From positions 409,730 to 473,729 of the forward strand of contig JBMNJJ010000009.1 of the NCBI GenBank assembly GCA_050951605.1: 64,000 nt of DNA. Direction: 5' to 3'. This document shows, piece after piece, positions 10,009 through 19,173 of the stretch. Below the pieces are notes generated by a model, which worked only from the letters and a program-made list of their open reading frames with translations, was not told the origin of the DNA and did not search any database. The number at the start of each line of letters is the position of its first letter. The first letter of the stretch is position 1. Position numbers and translations under genes: made by a program. This stretch comes from Peptococcia bacterium (GTDB lineage: Bacteria > Bacillota > Peptococcia > DRI-13 > DTU073).

Positions 10009-10128
10009 ATACTTGAAAACAAAAAAATGGCAGTATTTAAAGGAATTAGCAATAAATTGTAGAATATTTTCATAGTGTATTATTTTTTCAGTTCATCCAA
10101 AAACACTTGTATTAAGCGGAGGTGTTTT

Positions 10129-10809
10129 ATGTCAAATAATAATCTGGGATGCCTTGGCTTTATTTTACAAACTATTGGTATTTTGCCAAAACAAATAGAT
10201 AAATTAGGATCGGAAGATTCATTACCATATGCATTAAGGGATGATTTTTTGTCATCAGCGGAGTTATCATTTTATAAAGTTTTGGAGCAAACGATAGGAG
10301 AAAGGGCTATTATTTGTCCTAAGGTTTCTCTAAAGGATATTTTCTTTGTTAGGGCAAGGGATAGAAGTAAGTTTTATACATATAACAATAAGATTAATTT
10401 AAAGCATGTAGATTTTTTAATTTGCTCTAAAGAAACATTAAAACCAATATGTGGGATAGAACTTGATGATTTATCTCATGCTCGGCAAGATAGAATTGAA
10501 CGAGATGAATTTGTAGATAGGGTATTTAAAGCGGCAGATTTAAAACTTATAAGAATTCCCAATAAAACAAGTTACTCAATAGTAGAGATTGAAGAAAAAA
10601 TAAAACCGTTATTTATGAAAGATATGCCAGAGAAAATAGATGATAATGAGAAAATAGATGAAAAAGGCGATGCAATGGAAATTCTCATCTGTAAAAAATG
10701 TGGTATTCCTATGGTTTTACGTGTAGCTAAGAGGGGTGAGAATACAGGACAAGAATTTTATGGATGTGTCAATTACCCTAAATGTAAAGAAATAATAGAA
10801 ATAGATTGA
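10129..10809 (+). CDS. DUF2726 (restriction-endonuclease-like) protein with a C-terminal topoisomerase-type C4 zinc ribbon
   Basis: Start after GGAGG. SSAELSFYKVL...HVDFLICSK...CGIELDD..H matches DUF2726. The C-terminus CKKCGIPMVLRVAKRGENTGQEFYGCVNYPKC matches the zf-C4_Topoisom pattern. Confidence 0.65.
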   Translation: MSNNNLGCLGFILQTIGILPKQIDKLGSEDSLPYALRDDFLSSAELSFYKVLEQTIGERAIICPKVSLKDIFFVRARDRSKFYTYNNKINLKHVDFLICSKETLKPICGIELDDLSHARQDRIERDEFVDRVFKAADLKLIRIPNKTSYSIVEIEEKIKPLFMKDMPEKIDDNEKIDEKGDAMEILICKKCGIPMVLRVAKRGENTGQEFYGCVNYPKCKEIIEID

Positions 10810-10848
10810 TTGTTTTACCTATGTTATTCAATAGATCGGAGGAGTATT

Positions 10849-11450
10849 ATGGAAAAGGTTTGTCCCCTTCCGTTAATCTGGAACGAAATATATAAAAGAT
10901 TATATCAGAAATGGATAGAATATGGCTCTATTGGAGAAGCACCACCTGTTCCATTAATTTTAGGGGGTTGGGTCTATGTAATGATGTGGAGAAGCAGAAG
11001 CGTTGGGAAGAAACGGAAAAATGGGCACAGGAAAGGGGGGTTTCTTCGATATTATTAGATTTAACTGAGGAGAACTTTTATAAAGTTGATGAATTAAGCG
11101 ATTATGATATCGATCCAATGGGAGGGCCGATGTATTTACGATGCTCTTATGAGCCTAAGGCAATTCCTACAAAAGAAAGTTTGTTAAAAGCTTAAAACGC
11201 AATTGGAATTCTATTATGGGATCTGATTTAGCTAGATTGACAGTACCAATTGGCTTTACTGGAAAAAAAGGTCGGAAATTAGTAGTTAAAGTAGTAGAAA
11301 AGGCTAATCCTCCTTGGGGGTACTTGGAAAGACCTTTCAAGAGTAGAAGAAAAACGTCGTACTTTTACGATAATTAGAAAAAAAATAAATGAATTGATAG
11401 AGCCAAATATGGTAGAACACATTGATTTTGAAGTTGATAAAACAATTTAA
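10849..11450 (+). pseudogene. Decayed gene of unknown function (at least 3 frameshifts)
   Basis: Starts after GGAGGAG. A continuous ~200-aa reading (MEKVCPLPLIWNEIY...GGWVY / NDVEKQKRWEETEKW...SLLKA / LKRNWNSIMGSD...PPWG / TWKDLSRVEEKRRTF...EVDKTI*) appears only when the frame is switched three times. Confidence 0.5.
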
Positions 11451-11583
11451 TTTTTAAGTTAAAGTAGATTATTGGATTGTTGAATTATATTAATATTACG
11501 AAAAGATTGTTAATGGTGTCAATCAAAATTTATTTAAATGATATTTAGATAATTAATATGGTTAATAAAGGGGATGGTGTACT

Positions 11584-12345
11584 TTGTCTAATATCTTAAG
11601 TAATTTAAGTAGTGAAATTGGAGAAACTCTTTTTACAGTATCTAGACGTTCTCCGTTTTCGATAGAGGCTGTATTCGATAATGTAGTGCAAATAAGAGTA
11701 GGAAAGAGCAGGGTTTTAGTTGAGTTACCAGTTAATAAAATACTAGAGGCAGAAAAAATTTTACTTGAGCGAGGTTCTTTAAAACTAAAAGATTTTAATG
11801 TAGAAAAAAGTCAACTCAAGTCATATATTTTAGCAATCTTGGCATATGTTTATCATGCCCAAATAAGTAAAGTTGAAAAGTGCGTATGTATTAGTGTAGA
11901 AAAAACAATGAGTCCTGATGAATTAGAAAAAATATTAAAGCGACAAAAAGAAGTTGGTTACATAGCAGAGATGTTAGTTATTGAGTACGAAACAGAAAAA
12001 TTAAGAAAATGTGGGAAAGGTTATCTAGTTAATTCTATTGATTGGGTAAGTCAAAGAGACTGTACGGCAGGATATGATATAAGATCATTTAATGAAAATG
12101 GAGATGTAATCTATATTGAAGTTAAGGGAACCAGTGGGGATTGTAACCAATTTGAAATAACAAAAAATGAATTGGAAAAAGCTAAACAGCTAAAGGAAAC
12201 GTACTTTATTTATCGTGTCATGTATGTAGATTCACAGAAGAAACCTGAAATAGTAAAATTGTGTGATCCATTTAATATGATTGAACAAGGAGAGGTAAAG
12301 ATTACACCCGCAGTATTTTTAATGCAGTACAAAAATATGATTTAA
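11584..12345 (+). CDS. DUF3883-domain (PD-(D/E)xK nuclease-like) protein
   Basis: TTG start after AAAGGGGATGG. The C-terminal half GYDIRSFNENGDVIYIEVKGTSGD...FEITKNELEKA...YFIYRV fits the DUF3883 D...E-x-K core. The N-terminal ~120 aa are unassigned. Confidence 0.6.
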   Translation: MSNILSNLSSEIGETLFTVSRRSPFSIEAVFDNVVQIRVGKSRVLVELPVNKILEAEKILLERGSLKLKDFNVEKSQLKSYILAILAYVYHAQISKVEKCVCISVEKTMSPDELEKILKRQKEVGYIAEMLVIEYETEKLRKCGKGYLVNSIDWVSQRDCTAGYDIRSFNENGDVIYIEVKGTSGDCNQFEITKNELEKAKQLKETYFIYRVMYVDSQKKPEIVKLCDPFNMIEQGEVKITPAVFLMQYKNMI

Positions 12346-12396
12346 AAAGTCCTCAACTCTAACATAATAAAGAAATGTAAGAAAGAGGTATGTTTC

Positions 12397-15300
12397 ATGA
12401 CCCGTATGAATGATATTTTTAATTTTTTAAAAGAATATAATGAACTCACTAATCCTGTTATTACGGAATTGGGTAATCAAAAGTGGAGTATGAAACTTAG
12501 TAATTTGCCTCAAATAAAGGAAATTTGGTCTATTTATCATATGCAAAGTTATAATAGTGATTTAATACTTGAAGTAGAAAGACCTATCATTGAGCCTTGT
12601 CCTATTCCAGATAAATCTATTTTAGATTGGCTTGATGGAAAATGGAGTTCTATTGAATCCGAAATTATTTTATATAAAGAAAAGAGGATTGTCGAAGAGT
12701 GTTTAGAAGACGGTTCAGTTATTCAAAAAGAAGAGTTTTTTGTAGATGTTCCTGAGCGTATACAATTATACGAAGATTGGATAGAAAGGCGTAATATATG
12801 GAGAAGCATTCAATTACCTAAAAAGCAGGGGTTAAATTTATATAATAATCTGTTTAAGCTTTATTCAGAAATTAAAAGAGAAACTGAAGTAGAATTAATT
12901 TTTGGTGATGGGCATATCAAATGGGATACAGGAGAAAGGACGATTGATCATCCGGTTCTTTTACAAAGGGTAATTTTAGAGTTTAACACAAACAAGCCTT
13001 CCTTTTTAATTAAATGTGATGAAACGAAGCCGGAAATATATACGTCTATGCTTAGAGTTATTAGCTCCGTTAATCAGAGTATGTTATCGGAAATAATTCA
13101 TGAAGTTGATGAACAACAATATCATATAGCGGATATTGAAAATACAAAAGGTTTTTTTAAAAGACTTATTAGTGTTATATCTAGTCAGGGGAAATTACTG
13201 GAGGAGTTTGACAGTAATTTTATAGATCCAGTTATTATGATTGATCCAGTTTTATTCTTAAGAAAAAGAACTTTGGGTTTTTCAGGTTTCATAGATGAAA
13301 TTATTAAAGACATTAATGAAACTGGTGGACATATTCCTAGTTTTTTTAGTCCTATGTTTGGTGAATATAATGTAACTAATAATACTGAAATTATTGAGGA
13401 AGATTGGAATCAAAGTGGAATGGATCAAGATGTATTATTAACACTTCCTGCAAATAATGAGCAGCTTAAAATAATTAAATACTTAAATAACTATGGAGCG
13501 GTACTTGTTCAGGGGCCTCCCGGTACAGGAAAGACTCATACTATAGCTAACTTAATCGGTCACTTATTAAGGAAAATTTTGAAATAAAAGTAAAAGAACT
13601 TAAGAAAATTATTTCACCTTCTTTTAAATGGTATGAAAATAATTGGTCTCATTTAGTTAATGAGTTATTAATTTTAACCCAAGATAGTGATAATTTTAAG
13701 CAGATATGTACCATAAATTTTGAAAATCCAATCGAATCAATGATGAATATTTTACAGTCATTTATTATTCCGGAATTAGAGGGGAAAATATATCGACTAA
13801 AACTAGAAGATAATTCAAAATTATGGAGTAATTACCTTGAAGTATTTTGTGAACGTGCAGTATTTAGAGAATCTTTTAGCGGGATTATTAATGCCATTAA
13901 AAGTAAAAACTTTGATCTTTATAAGCAAAAGCATAAGGAGATTGTGAATTTATATAATAAAGAATCAATTTTTGAAAGAAGAGCTGAACTTTTAAAACTT
14001 ATTAAAAATTACACTCCGAATTGGGCTGAGGCTATTCGTCATCGTAGAGGAATACATGGTAAAGAAAAAGTACCGGATAATATTGAATTAGCATGGAAAT
14101 GGCTACAGTTAGATAGTCAAATAAAACGGATTGATAGTTACGATCCTAATCTTATTCAAAGCGAAATTCATAAATTAACTGATGTACTTATAAAAAATGC
14201 ACAATATTTAGCTTATGAAAAAGCCTGGTATACCAAAGTGAAAAATCAAACTGCTGAGCAAATACAAGCTGTTGAAGGTTGGAGGCAAACAATGAGGCAG
14301 GTAGGAAGAGGAACAGGTAGGATGGCCCCTCAGCTATTAAGACAAGCTAGAGAGCTTATGCCTAGTTGTCAAAATGCTATCCCTGTTTGGATTATGCCTT
14401 TAAATAGAGTTGTTGAAAGTTTTAAACCACAAAATAATAAATTTGATGTTGTAATTATTGATGAAGCCAGCCAAGCTGATATTTTAGCTTTAAGTGTTCT
14501 TTACCTTGGTAAAAAGGTTATTATTGTTGGTGATGATGAGCAAGTTAGTCCTAATGCAGTTGGATTAAAAGTTGAGGAGGTTAATGCATTAATAGAGCAG
14601 TATTTACAAGGAATTCCCCACAAGCATCTTTATAATGGAAAGACATCAATTTATGACCTGGCCAAAAGATCAGGTTTTAAACCACTAATGTTAACAGAGC
14701 ATTTTAGATGTTTACCTGAAATAATTAGTTTTAGTAATCAACTATCGTATAATGGTAAAATTCGTCCGTTAAGAGATACATCAGATGTACATATTAAACC
14801 AGCAGTTGTCGAATATCGTGTTCCGAATGCTGTGCAACAAAATAAAATAAATATAAAAGAAGCTGAACATATTGCTTCACTTATTATGGCATGTATTGAG
14901 AGGGATGAATATAAGGGAAAAACATTTGGTGTTATTTCATTATTAGGACAAGAACAAGCCTATGCGGTAGATCGAATATTACAAGCTTGTTTAGAGCCTG
15001 CCGAATATGAAAAACGTAAAATACAATGCGGTAATCCAGCCCAATTTCAAGGGGATGAAAGAGATGTTGTTTTTTTGAGCTTGGTATATGCTCCAAAGGA
15101 AGAAGGAGGACCCCTAAGATTATTATCAGAGGATGGTAATAATGATTTAACGAGAAAAAGATATAATGTTGCAGCTAGTAGGGCTAAAGATCAGATGTGG
15201 GTTGTATATTCATTAAATCCTGAAATTGATTTAAAACCGGATGACATTAGGCTAAGATTAATAAAACATGTTGCTAATTCTAAAAACTTTGAAATTGAGA

Positions 15301-15770
15301 CCAAATTATCATCAACAGAATCCGAGTTTGAGAAGGCAGTAATGCAGACGTTAATGAACAGAGGTTATCAGGTTAAAAGTCAGTGGCTAGTAGGAGCTTA
15401 TCGAATTGATCTTGTTGTTGAAGATGCAGATAAACGCATAGCAATAGAATGTGATGGTGAAAAATGGCATACGAAAGATGATTTAGCTAATGACCTTAAA
15501 AGACAAGCAATTCTTGAAAGATTAGGGTGGAGGTTTATTAGAATTCGCGGTAGTGCCTTTTATAGAAATTCTGAAAATACTATGCAATGGGTTTATGAAG
15601 AATTAACGAAGCACGATATCCACCCAAACTATGATATGAATTCTAATTTAAATTCAGAAGAAGAAATAAAAAATGAAAATGATCTGCTTGAATTAATTAA
15701 GTGTCGTGCTGAAAGTATAAGAAGTGAATGGGAAAAAGAAAACCTTGATAAACTCGAAAGTGAACAATAG
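12397..15770 (+). pseudogene. DUF4011 / Upf1-like SF1 helicase (AAA_11/AAA_12) with a C-terminal Vsr/DUF559 (MTES_1575-like) endonuclease domain; split
   Basis: ORF 12397..13587 ends 10 codons after Walker A (GPPGTGKTHTIANLIGHLL). A second frame, open from about 13548 to 15770, carries VVIIDEASQ, LTEHFRC, QFQGDERDVVFLS and RYNVAASRAK. The tail reads YRIDLVVEDADKRIAIECDGEKWH...RQAILERLGWRFIRI. I see no motif Ia between Walker A and DEAS. Confidence 0.75.
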
Positions 15771-15853
15771 AGTGAAAAAACAAGATGATACAGTTTTAGT
15801 TACAGAGCAAAGTTTTACAAGTTACATGCGTCTTGCGAGAGAGGGAGATAAAC

Positions 15854-16097
15854 ATGAATTACGAGCGATCAACGCGGTATCTTAATGCATTTAGTGATAT
15901 TGAGAAGATTCTTAGACGTTTAGCCGGGAAGATAAACATGTGCCATTTGGGCAACTAGTAAAAAAATCAGAGAAAATAGAAAAGTCTGTAAGAACGTATG
16001 CAGATGATTTGATTGAGTTTGCTGATTTAAGAAATGCTATCGTTCACAAACGAAGTGATGGTGTACATCCAATTGCTGAACCTCATCTTAATACGGT
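15854..16097 (+). pseudogene. HEPN-CBS protein, 5' part (HEPN RX4H motif); interrupted by IS21 and carrying an apparent frameshift near 15916-15940
   Basis: RBS GAGGGAG then ATG. ...DDLIEFADLRNAIVHKRSDG contains the R-N-x-x-x-H HEPN signature. The coding frame continues exactly into 18629..19108 once the IS and one TSD copy are removed. Confidence 0.7.
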
Positions 16098-16148
16098 TGT
16101 TTATATTAAACTAAAAGTACCCCAAATAATAATTGAAAAGTACCCCAC
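16098..16148 (+). repeat. IS21 left terminal inverted repeat with two AAAAGTACCCCA subrepeats
   Basis: Two copies of (A/G)AAAGTACCCCA. Multiple terminal transposase-binding repeats are typical of IS21. Confidence 0.75.
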
Positions 16149-16220
16149 ATTAAAATATACTTCCACATGTTATTAATAAATTTTTAACATGTGGAGGGTG
16201 AGGGGAGATTGATAAAGCTA

Positions 16221-17807
16221 ATGGAAAAACAGGACATTTTACTTATGTTTTTACGGGATGGCAAATCCCAACGAGCCATTGAGCGTGAAACGGGTATTTC
16301 AAGAAAAACAATCAGCAAATACATCAAGAAATATGAAAAACAAAGGGCCCAATTACAAGAAGGAAATTCGAAAACCTTTGGTGATATTAAGGAGCTCACG
16401 GATAACATCGTTACACCGCCTAAATATGATTCTAGCGGTAGAAAAAAGCGTAAAGTAACTAAGGAATTAGTAGATGCTATTAAAGCCCATTTGGAAGAAA
16501 ATGAATTAAAAAGACATAATGGACAATCCAAAATACAGAAAAAGAAAATTGATATTCATGAAGCACTTGTAGATGCAGGATTTGATATTAGCTATTCCAC
16601 CGTCTGTAATACGGTTAGGGAGTTGACTAATCAAGCCCAAGAGGCCTATATTAAAGCCCTTTATGCCCTTGGTGAGGTATGCGAATTTGATTGGGGTGAA
16701 GTAAAATTAACCATCGCTGGTCGATTGATAAAATTACAGATTGCGGTTTTTACCAGTGCCGCCGGAAACTATCGTTATGCAACTCTATTCCTAAAGCAAG
16801 ACACAGCCTGTTTTTTAGAATCCCATGCTAAGTTTTTTGAACATTTGGGCAATGTGTACAAACTGATGGTGTACGATAATACTAGAGTGGCTGTTAAAAA
16901 ACTTGCCGGTGCCGAAGGAGAACCAACGGAAGCATTGCGCCAATTATCGCTATATTACGGTTTTAAGTTCCGTTTCTGCAATATAAATGCTGGAAACGAA
17001 AAGGGTCATGTGGAAAGAAGTGTAGAGTATGTGCGGCGCAAGGCTTTCGCCCATAAAAGTACATTTAATTCGTTTGCAGAAGCGAATGAATATCTGGCTA
17101 AAACTTGTTCTCGGTTAAATGCAAAGCCACAAAAGGGTCTTAATGATAAAACGGCAATAGATATTCTAGAACTGGAAAGACCGCATTTATTACCTAATTT
17201 ACCCCCATATGACGCGGCACGAATTACGGAATTACGGGTTAATAAATATTCAGTCATAACAGTGGATAACTGCTATTACTCGGTTCCGGATAAATATGTT
17301 GGCAAGCTGGTTTTAACCAAAATCTACTCTAATGAGATCCGTTGCTTTTACGAGGGAGATTTAATTGCTACCCACACTAGGAAGATGGGCTCAAATGCAT
17401 GGAGTATTCAATTAGAACATTATTTAAACACATTAAAAAAGAAGCCCGGGGCATTAGCTACCAGTGTTGCACTCCACCAAGCTAATCCAAGGCTCAAAAA
17501 AATCTATCATCAATACTATACCACAAAAGGGAGGGATTTTATCGATTTAATATTTTTTGTTTCAGAACATGGGTTAGAAAAAGTTGAAGATGCTATTAAT
17601 TTACTTACAAAAGTTTCACCGCTAGAGGTTACAACGGAAACCATTAAGGCTATTTGCAATCGCAATACAGTGGATAAATCTAAATTTACTGTGCACGATA
17701 GTGCAACCTTGCAGATTAAAAACAGCTCATTAGCTATGCTTAAGCAATTTGGGCAACTAATTCCTTATGGTAACGAGGCATTTGCGAAAGAGGTGGTTGT
17801 AATATGA
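16221..17807 (+). CDS. istA: IS21-family transposase IstA
   Basis: N-terminal HTH (GKSQRAIERETGISRKTISKYIKKY) and a DDE-type core; 3' end overlaps istB. Start choice (ATG 16221 versus GTG 16191) is uncertain. Confidence 0.9.
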   Translation: MEKQDILLMFLRDGKSQRAIERETGISRKTISKYIKKYEKQRAQLQEGNSKTFGDIKELTDNIVTPPKYDSSGRKKRKVTKELVDAIKAHLEENELKRHNGQSKIQKKKIDIHEALVDAGFDISYSTVCNTVRELTNQAQEAYIKALYALGEVCEFDWGEVKLTIAGRLIKLQIAVFTSAAGNYRYATLFLKQDTACFLESHAKFFEHLGNVYKLMVYDNTRVAVKKLAGAEGEPTEALRQLSLYYGFKFRFCNINAGNEKGHVERSVEYVRRKAFAHKSTFNSFAEANEYLAKTCSRLNAKPQKGLNDKTAIDILELERPHLLPNLPPYDAARITELRVNKYSVITVDNCYYSVPDKYVGKLVLTKIYSNEIRCFYEGDLIATHTRKMGSNAWSIQLEHYLNTLKKKPGALATSVALHQANPRLKKIYHQYYTTKGRDFIDLIFFVSEHGLEKVEDAINLLTKVSPLEVTTETIKAICNRNTVDKSKFTVHDSATLQIKNSSLAMLKQFGQLIPYGNEAFAKEVVVI

Positions 17808-18562
17808 GCAAAAACATTTACCAAGACATTGAAGATTTCGCACTTTATTTAAAAATGCCTGTTTTAAAAAGTAGCTATCGCGAAGCAATTCAAGAAGCCA
17901 ATTTAAAAGAAGTAAGCTATGATCAGTTTTTGTGGGAGTTATTACAAAAGGAGTGTGATAGACGACAGGAAAATGCTAAACAAGACAGGGTGCGTAGGGC
18001 TGCATTTCCTTACAAGAAATATCTCGAAGACATCATCGTGGATGACCTACCAGAGGATGCCCAAAGAAAATTTAAAACTCTTTCTTCATTAGATTTCATC
18101 CAAACCGGGCAGAACATTATTATGGCTGGAAACCCTGGTACCGGTAAAACTCATTTTGCCATAGGGTTGGGGATAAAAGCGTGTTTAGCCGGTTACAAAG
18201 TGTTTTTTTCCACGATACCATCTTTAATCAACCAGCTTAAGGAAAGTCGCTCAGAAAAGACGCTAAGGGCATTTGGGAACAAATTCGAAAAGTATGATTT
18301 AGTCATTGCCGATGAATTAGGTTACATCTCATTTGACAAGGAGGGTTCGGAACTTTTATTTACCCATTTGTCTTTAAGGGCAGGGAGAAAATCTACAATA
18401 ATTACCACAAATTTATCTTTTGAAAGGTGGGATGAGATTTTCCTAGATCCCGTTCTTACAGCAGCCATGGTAGACCGCTTAACTCATAAAGCCTATATTG
18501 TGAACATGAATGGTAATTCATTTCGTCTTAAAGAAACAACTGAATGGGCAAAAAATAATTAA
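17804..18562 (+). CDS. istB: IS21-family helper ATPase IstB
   Basis: ATGA overlap with istA. Walker A GNPGTGKTH and Walker B VIADELGY. Confidence 0.9.
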   Translation: MSKNIYQDIEDFALYLKMPVLKSSYREAIQEANLKEVSYDQFLWELLQKECDRRQENAKQDRVRRAAFPYKKYLEDIIVDDLPEDAQRKFKTLSSLDFIQTGQNIIMAGNPGTGKTHFAIGLGIKACLAGYKVFFSTIPSLINQLKESRSEKTLRAFGNKFEKYDLVIADELGYISFDKEGSELLFTHLSLRAGRKSTIITTNLSFERWDEIFLDPVLTAAMVDRLTHKAYIVNMNGNSFRLKETTEWAKNN

Positions 18563-18576
18563 TTTTTTTGTCCCAA

Positions 18577-18628
18577 AGTGGGGTACTTTTCAATTAAAAT
18601 GTGGGGTACTTTTCACTTGACAAATACA
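18577..18628 (+). repeat. IS21 right terminal inverted repeat with two TGGGGTACTTTT subrepeats
   Basis: Mirror image of the left-end subrepeats. Confidence 0.75.
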
Positions 18629-19108
18629 ACGGTTTTGCGCTTGGAAGCAATTAGGGAACGTATTGCGAACCCCCCAACTGTTCAACCACTTTTTTTTAGG
18701 GATGTATTTATATGTCAAGCAATGGATCCTATAGGTGAAGCTGCAAAAATGATGCTAAAAAGCTCTTTTTCACAAGTCCCAGTTTATAAAGATGAAATAT
18801 TTGAGGGATTGCTAACTACTCAAACTATAGCCAGATGGTTGGCAGCTAAATTGGAGACAGGTATTGGTTTATTAGAAGAAGAAAGTGTGAAAAATGTACT
18901 AACCTTTAGTGAATATGATGATAACTACAGATTTATAAAAAGAAATACTACTTTGTATGATGTTTCACAATATTTTGATGACTTCGTCCAAAAAGGTAGA
19001 AATCTGGATGCTTTAATCATAACTCATTCAGGAAAAAGCAATGAAAAGCCACTGGGGATAGTTACGATCTTTGATTTGCCAGAAGTTTTTAGGAATATAG
19101 TAATCTGA
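18629..19108 (+). pseudogene. HEPN-CBS protein, 3' part (tandem CBS / Bateman module)
   Basis: ...LRLEAIRERIANPP...VFICQAMDPIGEAAKMMLKSSFSQVPVY... and ...VKNVLTF...PLGIVTIFDL form two CBS repeats. The frame is continuous with 15940..16097 across the IS. Confidence 0.7.
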
Positions 19109-19173
19109 AATTTAACGTTATTATTTTGTACAAGCCCATTTTTATTTATAACATAAGGAAAGGAGGAGAAATT

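Larger units (their letters stand above)
16098..18628 (+). mobile_element. IS21-family insertion sequence (istA-istB), about 2.53 kb, flanked by a 5-bp direct repeat ACGGT
   Basis: The ends TGTTTATATTAAACTAAAAGTACCCCA and the reverse complement of the right end TGTATTTGTCAAGTGAAAAGTACCCCA align position for position. ACGGT occurs at 16093-16097 and 18629-18633. Excision restores an open reading frame. Confidence 0.9.

Noticed and set aside
10810-11195. ORFs 10810..11058 and 10911..11195 as two separate small overlapping genes.
   Set aside because: Their translations, together with two further downstream frames, read as one continuous protein once frames are switched. They are treated as one decayed gene.
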